A stretch of DNA of 32,000 nt from Erysipelothrix inopinata (GTDB lineage: Bacteria > Bacillota_I > Bacilli_A > Erysipelotrichales > Erysipelotrichaceae): assembly GCF_014396165.1 (NCBI RefSeq), contig NZ_CP060715.1, forward strand, positions 2,130,001 through 2,162,000, given 5' to 3'. Positions 15,924 to 25,945 of the stretch are shown here, one piece after another. The notes beneath the pieces are model-generated. The model saw nothing but the letters and a program-made list of their open reading frames with translations, had not been told where the DNA came from and made no database searches. Both the position numbers and the translations under genes were made by a program. Every line of letters starts with the position of its first letter. Position 1 is the first letter of the stretch.

Positions 15924-16982
15924 TTATGTTAAATCATTTATCATGATAAATACGAAGAGTAATACCATGATTGCGAGACCAATAAACATGATTACATTTT
16001 CTAGTTTTTCAGGTATCGGTCTTCTGATTATCGATTCAATGATAATTAAAACCGCTCTACCACCATCCATAATTGGAATAGGAACTAAATTAATTACTGC
16101 AAGGTTAAGTGATAATGCAGCCACTAAGTTTAAGAAGAATGTAAATCCTGAGTTTCTGATTTCTGATGTTACTTTAAAGATACTAATAGGACCTCCAACG
16201 GAAGACAACCCAATACCTTTTACAAGTCTTGCTAATAAGAATACAAGTTGTTGAATTAAGAACATCATTTGTGACCAAGCTACCGGAATAGCTTCTAGAA
16301 TAGATAGTGATCGGTATTCACCCGGTTCCGCTACAATTCCAATAACATATCTCACTTGATCATTTTCCTCAATTTTTTGAGGGCTCAATTGAACGGATTC
16401 AATCGTTCCTTCGCGATCGACTGTGACAGTCATTTCACGGCCTTCATAAGTTGTTATACCTACAAGAATGTCTTGGAAGGTATTTGGTTTCACAACAGTA
16501 CCATCACTGAATTTGAGTTCAATGATATGATCTCCTGGTAAGAGTCCAGCAGCTTCTGCTGGGTAACCTTCTTGCACAGATGCAATCACAGGTTTCGGTG
16601 AATCAACGGTACCATGATATGAGAATAATCCCCAGAAGATTAAGAACGCTAGAATAAAGTTCATTGTGACTCCGGCTAAGATAACAATTAGCTTTTGCCA
16701 GTTCTTGATACCTTTCATGGTTCTTTCAAGTGGAACATCCATATCTTCTTCACCGGGTTCACCAGCCATAGATACAAATCCACCGAGAGGTAAAGCACGG
16801 ATACTATAAGTAGTTTCCCAGTGAGGTTTCTTTACCTTCCAAAGTGTCGGTCCCATTCCAATTGCAAATTCTTTACAGTATACTCCAAATTTCTTAGCAG
16901 CTAATAAGTGTCCGAGTTCATGAATAAGAACAATTATTCCCATCACAAGGACAAACATCAGTACATTAAATAAAAATGACAT
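15924..16982 (-). CDS. rseP: Site-2 intramembrane zinc metalloprotease RseP/RasP
   Basis: 352 aa. HELGH in the first TM helix, a central PDZ-like segment (AGLLPGDHIIEL), and the C-terminal NLVPIPIMDGG (NxxPxxxLDG) motif. It sits after cdsA as in other Firmicutes. Confidence 0.9.
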   Translation of the reverse strand: MSFLFNVLMFVLVMGIIVLIHELGHLLAAKKFGVYCKEFAIGMGPTLWKVKKPHWETTYSIRALPLGGFVSMAGEPGEEDMDVPLERTMKGIKNWQKLIVILAGVTMNFILAFLIFWGLFSYHGTVDSPKPVIASVQEGYPAEAAGLLPGDHIIELKFSDGTVVKPNTFQDILVGITTYEGREMTVTVDREGTIESVQLSPQKIEENDQVRYVIGIVAEPGEYRSLSILEAIPVAWSQMMFLIQQLVFLLARLVKGIGLSSVGGPISIFKVTSEIRNSGFTFFLNLVAALSLNLAVINLVPIPIMDGGRAVLIIIESIIRRPIPEKLENVIMFIGLAIMVLLFVFIMINDLT

Positions 16983-16992
16983 AGACAGCTCC

Positions 16993-17760
16993 TTATACTA
17001 AGAATGTCAATAAGACATTAAATGTGAAAAATGCAAAGATTACGGAATCAATTCTATCTAAGACACCACCGTGACCTGGGAAAATATATCCAAAATCTTT
17101 GATATCAAAATGTCTTTTGATTAAACTGAAGGCTAAATCTCCGAACTGTCCCATTACTGGAATCAACAGGGATGCAGCAATAATAATCTCTTTAGATACA
17201 TAAGGCGTAATCCAAAGAAGTCCAAATGTTAAAGACAAAGCAGCGGATACAACATATCCAATTACTGCGCCTTCAACTGTTTTCTTCGGAGATATTCGTT
17301 CAATCAATTTATGCTTACCAAAGAATCGACCACCAAAGTAGGCAAATGTATCTGTAGCATAGGTTGCAAAGAGAATAAATCCAAAGACAAGTCTATCAAG
17401 TGCCAAGACTCTTGTAATAGATTGAAGTGTAAGAATCAACATCATAACAAGAATATAAATATAGGTTACGTCTTCGAACTTAAACCATTCAAAGGTTACT
17501 GTCATGCTGAATAACAACATGATCAATAACATTCCGAATGTAGGAACACTTGTCCATTTAATAATTCCACCAATCAAAGTCGCAATCACAATAACAACGA
17601 GAACGATTGGTTTTAAGTGATCTTTTTTTAAATTATAAATTTCATAAGATCCAACTAATACAAATGCAAATAGCAATAGAAAAAGAGCACGATCACCTAG
17701 AAATAGTGCTATGGTAAAAGCGCCTATTAATCCTATTGCTGTAATCACTCGCTCTTTCAT
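16993..17760 (-). CDS. cdsA: Phosphatidate cytidylyltransferase
   Basis: 255 aa polytopic protein with the CDS signature SLIKRHFDIKDFGYIFPGHGGVLDRIDS. Confidence 0.9.
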   Translation of the reverse strand: MKERVITAIGLIGAFTIALFLGDRALFLLLFAFVLVGSYEIYNLKKDHLKPIVLVVIVIATLIGGIIKWTSVPTFGMLLIMLLFSMTVTFEWFKFEDVTYIYILVMMLILTLQSITRVLALDRLVFGFILFATYATDTFAYFGGRFFGKHKLIERISPKKTVEGAVIGYVVSAALSLTFGLLWITPYVSKEIIIAASLLIPVMGQFGDLAFSLIKRHFDIKDFGYIFPGHGGVLDRIDSVIFAFFTFNVLLTFLV

Positions 17761-18441
17761 CTACAACCCTCCAAATCTGCGATTTCTTGAATCAAAATCA
17801 ACAAGACACGCTTCAAACTCGTCAGGTCCAAATTCCGGCCATGGTAAATCAACAAACATCAATTCTGCATATGCAAGTTGCCATAACAGATAATTAGATA
17901 AGCGTTGTTCTCCACCTGTTCGGATAAGTAGGTCAACATCTGGTAAGTCTTTAGTATCTAAATACAACGAAAAATCTCTTTCAGTAATATTACTGATGCC
18001 TGAATCTGCAATTCGGTTTACTGCGCGAACTATTTCATCGCGAGCACCGTAATTAAGAGCAAAGTTAAGCACAAGTTTGTCATTATTTTTAGTACGCTCA
18101 ACAGCGTTTTCCATAACTTTTCGAGTACGTTCAGGGATTTTAGTTAAATCTCCGATTGTTTCAATGCGTATCCCACGTTCCATGAGTTCTTTAAGAAACT
18201 TCTCAAAGAAAATTGCTGGCAATTTCATAAGGTAATCAATTTCTTCCTGAGGACGTTTCCAGTTCTCAGTAGAAAATGCATACAAAGTAATGACTTCGAC
18301 ACCCATATCCAAGGCTCTTAACGCAATTTCACGAACGTTTTCACTACCATAGTAATGACCGAAGGAGCGAGTCTTCTTTTGTTTCTTCGCCCATCGTCCA
18401 TTACCATCCATGATGATAGCAACATGTTTACATGATTCCAT
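17761..18441 (-). CDS. uppS: Undecaprenyl-diphosphate synthase
   Basis: 226 aa with HVAIIMDGNGRWA and the ENW and RTGGEQRLSNYLLWQ motifs. Confidence 0.93.
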   Translation of the reverse strand: MESCKHVAIIMDGNGRWAKKQKKTRSFGHYYGSENVREIALRALDMGVEVITLYAFSTENWKRPQEEIDYLMKLPAIFFEKFLKELMERGIRIETIGDLTKIPERTRKVMENAVERTKNNDKLVLNFALNYGARDEIVRAVNRIADSGISNITERDFSLYLDTKDLPDVDLLIRTGGEQRLSNYLLWQLAYAELMFVDLPWPEFGPDEFEACLVDFDSRNRRFGGL

Positions 18442-18442
18442 A

Positions 18443-18988
18443 TTAGATCGTCATGATTTCCTTAACTTTATCTTTTGAGATTTCGTCAATTTTTTTGATG
18501 AATTCATCAGTAAGTTTTTGAACTTCATCAAGTAATGAACGTTCTTGATCTTCTGATACATCATCCATTTTCTTAACTTCATCGTTTAAATCACGACGGA
18601 TGTTACGAACTTGAACTTTAGCTTCTTCTGCATAAGTACCTACAGACTTAGAAACATCTTTACGTGTTTCTTCTGTTAATTGAGGTACATTAATACGAAT
18701 TAAAGAACCATCATTTTGAGTTGGTAAATTTAATCCGGATTCATTAAGAGCATGTTCAATATCTTTCATACTTGAAGGATCGAATGGTTTAATTGCTAAT
18801 TGACGTCCCTCAACTACTGAAATTGTACTAATTTGCTCTAACGGTGTTGGTGAACCATAATAGTCAACATTAACACCGAATAGAATTGCTGCACTTGCAC
18901 GACCTGTACGAAGTGTACCTAAACGGTTTTCAAAATTGGTAATTACTTCATCCATCATTGGACGGCCATCATTTTTTACTGAAAACAT
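18443..18988 (-). CDS. frr: Ribosome recycling factor
   Basis: 181 aa. LGTLRTGRA and VDYYGSPTPL motifs, and a charged C-terminal helix. Confidence 0.92.
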   Translation of the reverse strand: MFSVKNDGRPMMDEVITNFENRLGTLRTGRASAAILFGVNVDYYGSPTPLEQISTISVVEGRQLAIKPFDPSSMKDIEHALNESGLNLPTQNDGSLIRINVPQLTEETRKDVSKSVGTYAEEAKVQVRNIRRDLNDEVKKMDDVSEDQERSLLDEVQKLTDEFIKKIDEISKDKVKEIMTI

Positions 18989-19701
18989 TATTTTCCTCCT
19001 CTTGATACGCGAGTAGCTACTGCCTCGCCTTTTACTGCTTTAATTATATTATTTTTTTCGTTCATATTAAATACTAATAGATCAATATTATTGTCCATGC
19101 ACATAGAAGTTGCTGTTGAATCCATAACTTCTAATTGTTCTTGTAGTAAATCCATGTAAGATAAACTATCATAACGCAATGCATCTGGATTCACTCTTGG
19201 ATCTGAATTGTAAACGCCATCAACACCATTCTTAGCCATTAAGATAACATCAGCTTTTATTTCTGAAGCTCTTAATGCTGCAGTAGTATCCGTAGAGAAG
19301 AATGCTGATCCAGTACCTGCTCCAAATACAACAACGCGTCCTTTTTCAAGATGACGTACGGCACGACGAGGGATAAATGGTTCCGCTACTTTAGTCATTT
19401 CTACAGCTGATTGGACACGTGTTTGAACACCATGTCTTTCAAGAGCACCTTGAATTGCTAAAGCATTGATAACTGTCCCTAACATACCCATGTAATCTAC
19501 TTGGATTCGATCAATCCCAAGATCTTCAGCCATACGGCCACGTATGAAGTTACCGCCACCAACAACAACTGCCACTTCGACACCGTCTTCAACAATTGTT
19601 TTAATTTGGATAGCTAGATCGTCTAAAACTTCTGAATCAAAGATTTCCCCATCTTTAGATAAAGCCTCACCACTAAGTTTTAATAATACGCGCTTATACA
19701 T
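18988..19701 (-). CDS. pyrH: UMP kinase
   Basis: 237 aa with [17 protein letters not shown] and [11 protein letters not shown] motifs. Confidence 0.93.
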   Translation of the reverse strand: MYKRVLLKLSGEALSKDGEIFDSEVLDDLAIQIKTIVEDGVEVAVVVGGGNFIRGRMAEDLGIDRIQVDYMGMLGTVINALAIQGALERHGVQTRVQSAVEMTKVAEPFIPRRAVRHLEKGRVVVFGAGTGSAFFSTDTTAALRASEIKADVILMAKNGVDGVYNSDPRVNPDALRYDSLSYMDLLQEQLEVMDSTATSMCMDNNIDLLVFNMNEKNNIIKAVKGEAVATRVSRGGK

Positions 19702-19716
19702 GTTATGTACTTCCTT

Positions 19717-19743
19717 TCAAAAAGGACACGCTAAAGTGTCCTT
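19717..19743 (-). terminator. Terminator/attenuator hairpin between tsf and pyrH
   Basis: Perfect 8-bp stem AAGGACAC / GTGTCCTT with a 6-nt loop, followed on the minus strand by TTTTTGAAAGG, where GAAAGGA is the pyrH RBS. Confidence 0.6.
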
Positions 19744-19754
19744 ATTATAAACTA

Positions 19755-20639
19755 TTAAATTTGTGAAGCTTTAGCAACTTCTGCTGCGAAATCTTCTTCA
19801 CGTTTTTCAATACCTTCTCCAACAGCGTAACGAACAAATGTTGTTACTGAAGCATTAGCATCTTTTAATACTTGAGATACTTTTGATTTACCGTCTTTAA
19901 AGAAGATTTGATCAACAAGTGAAATATCTTGCATTGATTTGCTTACACGACCCTTGATAATTCCTTCGATAACTTTCTCAGGTTTGCTTGCAAGTTCTGC
20001 ATCGTTTTTAACAATTTCAACTTGGATATTGTGTTCTTTTTCAACAATTTCTGATGGAATTTCAGCTTGTGATACATATGAAGGACTCATTGAAGCAACT
20101 TGCATTGCAATATCTTTAGCAAGTTCTTCGTTAGCACCTTTCACAACTGCAACAGCTGAGATTTTTCCACCCATGTGGATGTATGAACCAAATACTTCAT
20201 CGTCTGATTTCTCAACAACTTGGAAACGACGTAAAGTAATTTTTTCACCGATTGTTGCTGTAGCTGCTACAACTGCATCAGCAATGCTTTGTCCATTCAT
20301 ATCTAAAGCTAATGCTGCATCCAAATCTGCAGGATTGTTTGCTAAGATAACATGTTCTAAGTCTGATACTAATTTAACGAATTGATCGTTTTTAGCAACA
20401 AAGTCTGTTTCTGAGTTAACTTCGATAATAACTGCTTTATTTCCTTCAACAAGAACACTACTTGTTCCTTCAGCTGCAATACGTCCGGATTTCTTTTGTG
20501 CACTTGCAATTCCTTTTTCACGTAACCAGTCGATTGATGCTTCGATATTGCCGTCATTTGCTTCTAAAGCCTTCTTGCAATCCATCATACCTGCACCAGT
20601 ACGTTCACGTAATTCTTTAACTAATTGTGCTGTAATCAT
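19755..20639 (-). CDS. tsf: Elongation factor Ts
   Basis: 294 aa. The N-terminal UBA-like segment is ITAQLVKELRERTGAGMMDCKKAL. The rest has the typical EF-Ts core. Confidence 0.93.
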   Translation of the reverse strand: MITAQLVKELRERTGAGMMDCKKALEANDGNIEASIDWLREKGIASAQKKSGRIAAEGTSSVLVEGNKAVIIEVNSETDFVAKNDQFVKLVSDLEHVILANNPADLDAALALDMNGQSIADAVVAATATIGEKITLRRFQVVEKSDDEVFGSYIHMGGKISAVAVVKGANEELAKDIAMQVASMSPSYVSQAEIPSEIVEKEHNIQVEIVKNDAELASKPEKVIEGIIKGRVSKSMQDISLVDQIFFKDGKSKVSQVLKDANASVTTFVRYAVGEGIEKREEDFAAEVAKASQI

Positions 20640-20643
20640 TTAT

Positions 20644-21600
20644 TTACGCCTCCACTTTTTTTTCTGTGTCTGCTTTAACAGTTTCTTCAGCTTTTACCTC
20701 TTTTTCAACGCGTTCGTTTGAACGGTTATCGGAGCGGTTGTCACGGTAGTCGCGGCCACCTGTACGTTGTTGACGACGACGGTCATCACGTTTACGACGT
20801 TCGTCCATACGTTGACGACGACGACGGTCATTTTCTGCTGCTTGTTGTTCAACGTTAACAATAACGTCTTCCATTGTAATATCTTCTTCATCTTGATCTT
20901 GATAAGCAACTTGTAATACGCCACCTTTAGGTTCGATCATAGCATCTGCCATAACACCTACAATTGTACGGATTGAACGAATTGCGTCATCGTTTCCTGG
21001 GATTGGGAAATCTACAACATCTGGATCACAGTTTGTATCAACGATACCAAATACTGGGATACCTAATTTACGAGCTTCAGCAACTGCGTTAGCATCTTCA
21101 ATTGGGTCTACTACAAATACTGCATCAGGAAGTTTTTTCATTTCCTTGATTCCGCCTAGGAAGTTTTCTAAACGATCTTTTTCTTTTAATAATAATGAAA
21201 CTTCTTTTTTAGTGTAAACATTGATTGATCCACTATTTTCCATTTCTTCAATTTCAACCAAACGACGGATTGATTTTTGAATTGTACGGAAGTTTGTTAA
21301 TGTACCACCTAACCAACGTTGGTTAATGAAGAATGAACCACTACGTAATGCTTCTTCAACAACGATTGTTTGAGCTTGTTTCTTTGTACCAACAATCAAT
21401 AATTTTCCATTTTTCTCAGCAATATCGCGTAATGCTGCGTAAGCTACATCAATCTTTTCTTGTGTTTTGTTTAAATCGATGATGTAAATACGATTTTTAG
21501 CCGCATAAATATATGGCTTCATTTTTGGGTTCCAACGGCGTGTTTGATGACCGTAATGAACTCCACTTTCTAATAACTTTCTCATTGTAACTACTGACAT
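20644..21600 (-). CDS. rpsB: 30S ribosomal protein S2 with an Arg/Asp/Glu-rich C-terminal extension of about 70-85 aa
   Basis: 318 aa. [22 protein letters not shown] and the canonical S2 core. The tail contains [44 protein letters not shown]. Confidence 0.95.
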   Translation of the reverse strand: MSVVTMRKLLESGVHYGHQTRRWNPKMKPYIYAAKNRIYIIDLNKTQEKIDVAYAALRDIAEKNGKLLIVGTKKQAQTIVVEEALRSGSFFINQRWLGGTLTNFRTIQKSIRRLVEIEEMENSGSINVYTKKEVSLLLKEKDRLENFLGGIKEMKKLPDAVFVVDPIEDANAVAEARKLGIPVFGIVDTNCDPDVVDFPIPGNDDAIRSIRTIVGVMADAMIEPKGGVLQVAYQDQDEEDITMEDVIVNVEQQAAENDRRRRQRMDERRKRDDRRRQQRTGGRDYRDNRSDNRSNERVEKEVKAEETVKADTEKKVEA

Positions 21601-21715
21601 GAGTAAATCCTACCTTTCCGTTACTCCTCCATCATTTCCTATTGTAAGCAACTCATACGAGCACGGAGCCTACAAATCCATGATGTGTGTAATTGGTGTC
21701 TTCGCACCACTGATA

Positions 21716-21744
21716 ATTTTAACATACGAGCTCTAGCAATTCAA
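21716..21744 (-). promoter_or_regulatory. Sigma-A promoter of rpsB-tsf
   Basis: Read on the minus strand: TTGAAT, 17-nt spacer, TAAAAT with an extended -10 TG (TGTTAAAAT). This leaves a leader of about 105 nt before the rpsB ATG. Confidence 0.65.
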
Positions 21745-21783
21745 CCTTTAAAACCATTAATAACATTTACGTATTAATTGGAT

Positions 21784-22350
21784 TTAATCGATGTTTTGAT
21801 CTCCATCTACGACTTCAATATCTTCAACCACTACTGGGTTTAAGACATTATCTTTTAATGCTTCAGCTTTATCAATTTCCGAATAGATTTTTGACTTCAA
21901 ATTCATGATTTGACGGTTTAAGCCAAAACCTGTTCCAGGAAGCACTTTTGATATTTTATCACAGTAACTTCTTGCTTGATCGTAATCATGACTTACAAGA
22001 TACAATTGAGCAAGTGCTGTATTGTATGTATTTTTAGATAGAATCGATTTAGGTTTCGCTTCAATGTTTTCAATACTTTGAATCATAGCTAATGCAAGTG
22101 ATTCATGTTCTAAACCGTTCTCGTTCGCATCTTCTTCATACTTATCAAAGATTACTGAATATTCTTTACGAAACTTAGTATCCACCATAAACATGATGAC
22201 TGGAATCATTAAATAAGCAATCACTAATCCTAAGATAATATAAATATGTACTGGTTTTAGTCCCAGTTGTTGGAGGAGGTTAATTCCTACCATCGCAATG
22301 ATCATTGTTAACATCGCTGTTAATATTGATTTAAATCCACTTTTCTTCAT
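21784..22350 (-). CDS. Hypothetical membrane protein (two N-terminal TM helices plus helical, TPR-like soluble domain)
   Basis: 188 aa. The TM helices are ILTAMLTMIIAMVGINLL and IYIILGLVIAYLMIPVIMFMV. The C-terminal helical segment ALAQLYLVSHDYDQARSYCDKI is TPR-like. Confidence 0.5.
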   Translation of the reverse strand: MKKSGFKSILTAMLTMIIAMVGINLLQQLGLKPVHIYIILGLVIAYLMIPVIMFMVDTKFRKEYSVIFDKYEEDANENGLEHESLALAMIQSIENIEAKPKSILSKNTYNTALAQLYLVSHDYDQARSYCDKISKVLPGTGFGLNRQIMNLKSKIYSEIDKAEALKDNVLNPVVVEDIEVVDGDQNID

Positions 22351-22371
22351 TGTAATATCCCTTCTCGCTTC

Positions 22372-23505
22372 TTATAAGCAAAATTCTCGAATAAACTGAT
22401 CCAGTCTATCCAAACCATTTTCTAATGAATCCATATTCGCCCCATAAGAAATTCGTGCGAACCCTTCAGTTCCAAAGAATATTCCAGGAATAATAACTAC
22501 ACCTAATTCATCGGCAAGTTGCTTACAGAATGTGTATGAATCCATACCATATTTACGAATATCAATAAATATATAGAATGCACCCTCAGGACGAATGTAA
22601 TCAACATCCATCAAAGCTAATCTTTTTAAGAGATACTTTCTACGATGATCATACTCGTCCAACATAAACTGAGTATCAACATCCAATGCAGTAATCGCTG
22701 CTTCTTGAATAAATGTTGCGACACCAGTTACGAGGTTTTGGTGGAACGCATTCATTTGTTTGATTAAACTTTCTTGGGCAACAGCATACCCAACACGCCA
22801 TCCCGTCATCGCAAATGTTTTAGAAAAACTTTGGACGAGAATGACACGATCAATCGTTGATTCATAATCTCGTATCGAAGGATACTCACCTTCATAAATC
22901 ATTGAACGATACACTTCATCAATAATGACATAAAGATCTGGATGTTCTTCCATCAAACGATGTAATGTAATCATACTTTCTTCATCATAGACAATACCCG
23001 TGGGATTGTTAGGGGATGCTAAAACGATTACTTTTGTATTTTCTTTGATATGTTTCGAAAACTCATGATAACGCAACTGGAAACCGTGTGTTGATGTATC
23101 ATAATTAGATACTTCAGCTCCCGTTAACAATGCTTGGGTTTGATATAAAGGAAAGCATGGTGTTGGAATCATAACATTATCACCATGTCCGAGTAAAACA
23201 CCCATTGCGAGAATTAACGCCTCTGTAGCACCATTAGTAATAATGACATTATTTTCTGTATAGGATTCGAAGAAAGACATCGATTCCAATTTCGCAATCC
23301 TCTGTCTGAGTTCATGATTTCCGCATATTGGTGGATAATGCGTATGATTTTCATCCAATGCCAATTTTAGTGCATCTTTTATTTCAGTGGGTGTATTAAA
23401 ATCAGGTTCTCCAATTGTTAGAAAAATACAATCTTCTTTATTAATATACATCTCAGAGAATTCACGAATACCACTGATGTGTAATGTATCAACGAAGTGT
23501 TTCAT
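22372..23505 (-). CDS. Class I/II PLP-dependent aminotransferase (AspB/PatA-like)
   Basis: PLP-lysine motif SFSKTFAMTGWRVGY, NPTG and the usual fold pattern. I prefer the ATG at 23505 (GGGGG RBS spacing) over the listed 23511. Confidence 0.85.
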   Translation of the reverse strand: MKHFVDTLHISGIREFSEMYINKEDCIFLTIGEPDFNTPTEIKDALKLALDENHTHYPPICGNHELRQRIAKLESMSFFESYTENNVIITNGATEALILAMGVLLGHGDNVMIPTPCFPLYQTQALLTGAEVSNYDTSTHGFQLRYHEFSKHIKENTKVIVLASPNNPTGIVYDEESMITLHRLMEEHPDLYVIIDEVYRSMIYEGEYPSIRDYESTIDRVILVQSFSKTFAMTGWRVGYAVAQESLIKQMNAFHQNLVTGVATFIQEAAITALDVDTQFMLDEYDHRRKYLLKRLALMDVDYIRPEGAFYIFIDIRKYGMDSYTFCKQLADELGVVIIPGIFFGTEGFARISYGANMDSLENGLDRLDQFIREFCL

Positions 23506-23872
23506 CCACATACCCCCAATCGCTTAGGGATTCAATGGCGATTAATTCTACATCCTTTCCTGCTACTTTAATGACAGTCTTTCCAAAAGGATTACTTCTT
23601 TGTTCATTCCATGAATTAAATTGACCAAAAAGACGCGCAACAATTGTTGCAACCCATAAATATTCCTCGGAGCGACCTACCACAATAATTGCATCGGGTT
23701 CATGTGAGATAATCCATTCACGAACCGTGCTACATAACGCAGGATTTTCAACTTCATAGATATCCATAATTTCTTTTGATTTATGACCTTGGCGCAAATC
23801 GTAAGTAAGGTAATTCTCTAAATTTACCGTTCCAATTTCGCCATCTGCTAACACTAAATATTTCTTCTTCAT
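23489..23872 (-). CDS. Hypothetical cytoplasmic protein
   Basis: 127 aa ORF in a coding-like context. Its stop overlaps the aminotransferase start, which suggests translational coupling. I recognise no motif. Confidence 0.45.
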   Translation of the reverse strand: MKKKYLVLADGEIGTVNLENYLTYDLRQGHKSKEIMDIYEVENPALCSTVREWIISHEPDAIIVVGRSEEYLWVATIVARLFGQFNSWNEQRSNPFGKTVIKVAGKDVELIAIESLSDWGYVDETLR

Positions 23873-23980
23873 GACACTACCTCCATATAGACTAATTTTA
23901 ACACAAATTGGCCTTTTACGATTCTTTAGATTAATTTTTACGATAATATGATATATTTATACTATTGAAAAGGTGGCAAT

Positions 23981-25318
23981 ATGAAACGTTTTTTACTTAC
24001 AACATTACTAATTCTTACATTAACTATTAATCCAGTCTTTGCGAATACAGACCCTCATGACATCATTCCATTAAAAAACGTTCATCTTGAAAGTGATAAC
24101 TATGTACTAATGGATCGTGAGAGTGGTCTGGTTTTAACATCTAAAAACTTAGATAAGCAGATCCATCCTGCTTCAATTACTAAAGTACTTACCACAATCA
24201 CGGCACTTGAAATGTTAGAAGGTACACCGCTAACCACAACCTATGAATTACCTCAAAGCATCTTTGATGGCCTTGACCCAATTGCTTCAGTTGTAGATTT
24301 TAAAGCCGGAGATATCGTAACGTTATCAGATATTTTACATGGAATAATACTTCCATCAGGTGCTGACGCAACGCGGGCTATTTCGGTCTATCTAACTGGA
24401 ACACCCGAAGGTCTGGCGATCAATATGAATGAGAAAGCTAAAGAGATTGGTATGAGTCAATCGACTTTCATGAATACAAGTGGCCTTGATGATTCACAAC
24501 ATCTGTCAACAGTTTATGATCTCGCGCTTCTCGTCCAGTATTCATTAAAGAATCCTCAATTCAAGAAACTTTACTCTAAGGTTGAGTACACAACATCACC
24601 AACTCCTAAATATCCCGATGGCATTCCATTAACTAATAAATCACTTAAAGATGCCCATGAACGTGGTTTTGATGCAATGTATGGTGCTAAATCAGGATAT
24701 ACAGAACTTGCACAAGTTTCTTTATCTTCAGTAGCATCAACACCTACTGGCGATCTTATATTTATAAGTACGAGTGCCCAATCTCATGAAAAGATGAAAG
24801 AAAACCCTGCTGTTACCGATGCCATCGCAATGTATGAGCGTGCATTCAATGATTTCAAACGAACCGTTATTATTCCACGTGGAAATATTATTGGAGAAAT
24901 ACCCATTGTGCATGTTGAAAATCGATACCCTGTTTCTTATGAAAAAGATATTATCTCTTATCTTCCTAAAGGTGTCGAACGATCCGATCTTCAATTTAAA
25001 CTCACTCAAGCAGCTACCGAATTTCGAGCACCTGTTGAGGCAAACTCAGTTCTTGGAACACTTAAAGTAGTTTATAATGACACCATCATTTTCCAAGATG
25101 ACATCATCAATAAAGAGCCCATCGAAGCAAGTGTCGAAGTTATTGTCTTAGAATTTCTTCAATCCATGGGAGGTATTATTGGTATTTCAATTGTCGCAAC
25201 CGGAATCGTCTTCTACTTCGTCATGAAATTCCAGAAAATGCGAAGAAGAAACCATCCCAATAAATGGCGTGATGCCCAACAACAAAATGATAGTACTGAT
25301 CAAGACCTAGATTCCTAG
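23981..25318 (+). CDS. D-alanyl-D-alanine carboxypeptidase (low-molecular-weight PBP, DacA/PBP5-like)
   Basis: 445 aa. Signal peptide, SITK (SxxK), PSGADA (SxN-position variant), KSGYT (KTG variant), and a C-terminal TM anchor with a charged tail. Confidence 0.85.
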   Translation: MKRFLLTTLLILTLTINPVFANTDPHDIIPLKNVHLESDNYVLMDRESGLVLTSKNLDKQIHPASITKVLTTITALEMLEGTPLTTTYELPQSIFDGLDPIASVVDFKAGDIVTLSDILHGIILPSGADATRAISVYLTGTPEGLAINMNEKAKEIGMSQSTFMNTSGLDDSQHLSTVYDLALLVQYSLKNPQFKKLYSKVEYTTSPTPKYPDGIPLTNKSLKDAHERGFDAMYGAKSGYTELAQVSLSSVASTPTGDLIFISTSAQSHEKMKENPAVTDAIAMYERAFNDFKRTVIIPRGNIIGEIPIVHVENRYPVSYEKDIISYLPKGVERSDLQFKLTQAATEFRAPVEANSVLGTLKVVYNDTIIFQDDIINKEPIEASVEVIVLEFLQSMGGIIGISIVATGIVFYFVMKFQKMRRRNHPNKWRDAQQQNDSTDQDLDS

Positions 25319-25328
25319 GTCTTTTTTA
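25302..25328 (+). terminator. Rho-independent terminator of the carboxypeptidase gene
   Basis: Stem AAGACCTAG / CTAGGTCTT, 4-nt loop, T6 run. The TAG stop codon lies inside the 3' arm. Confidence 0.75.
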
Positions 25329-25411
25329 TATGTAAAAGTTTTTACCTAGATAACACTTTAATTTCATATGTGACTGTTAGAATAAGAATGAAACGTAATG
25401 GAGGCTTTAAT

Positions 25412-25780
25412 ATGCTCGAAAATAGAAGACGCTATATTGTTTTAACTTCCGCTCTTTTTGGTGTCGGATTTGTTTTATATGGATCGATTGGACTCCTAAC
25501 AATGCAATATGATTTTGATTTTATAAACATCTCAAATCCTTGGCTTCGTGCCCTTGCAATTGCACTTCTTGGAGGCTATTTCTTTTCTAGTTTAATGTCA
25601 GGAATTATTGTTGTGACCCGTTTTATATCAAAACGATCCTTTAACGAAAAAATTATTCTCGCAATATTCTTTGTAGTTCCAATGTATATTGTATTAGGTG
25701 CCGCATTCTACTCAATCCCTTATGGCATCTATAACTTCATTAAATATAGACAACTTAAAAACAATCTCTATTCCTACTAA
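25412..25780 (+). CDS. Hypothetical small integral membrane protein
   Basis: About 122 aa with four hydrophobic segments. I prefer the ATG at 25412 (GGAGG 7 nt upstream) over the listed GTG at 25370. Confidence 0.55.
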   Translation: MLENRRRYIVLTSALFGVGFVLYGSIGLLTMQYDFDFINISNPWLRALAIALLGGYFFSSLMSGIIVVTRFISKRSFNEKIILAIFFVVPMYIVLGAAFYSIPYGIYNFIKYRQLKNNLYSY

Positions 25781-25781
25781 A

Positions 25782-25811
25782 AAGGCTGTGTTTCTCAACA
25801 CAACCTTTTTT
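25782..25811. terminator. Bidirectional terminator hairpin, formerly shared by the membrane-protein gene and trmD and now separated from trmD by the IS
   Basis: 11-bp stem AAGGCTGTGTT / AACACAACCTT (one mismatch), with an A-run on the left and a T-run on the right. The 3' 8 nt (CCTTTTTT) are the IS target site. Confidence 0.7.
25804..25811. repeat. Target-site duplication, left copy (CCTTTTTT)
   Basis: The 8 nt directly flanking IRL are identical to the 8 nt directly flanking IRR. Confidence 0.85.
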
Positions 25812-25837
25812 GGTTCTTTAAAATCTGGTGTTGGTGA
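25812..25837. repeat. IS left inverted repeat (IRL)
   Basis: GGTTCTTTAAAATCTGGTGTTGGTGA. The reverse complement of the right end is GGCTCTTGAAAATCTAGTGTTGGTGA. Confidence 0.85.
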
Positions 25838-25945
25838 GATATTTATCTCATCAACACTTTTTTATTTTAGATAATAAAAAAAGACATAGATAAGTAAATC
25901 CTCTATACTAAAGTCACCACAACCAGAGAAAGGGATCCATCATCT

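Noticed and set aside
21601-21715. The ~105-nt rpsB leader, considered as a riboswitch or an S2 autoregulatory structure.
   Set aside because: I could not identify a conserved fold or a known leader motif by eye. Only the promoter and RBS are supportable, and a covariance-model search would be needed.
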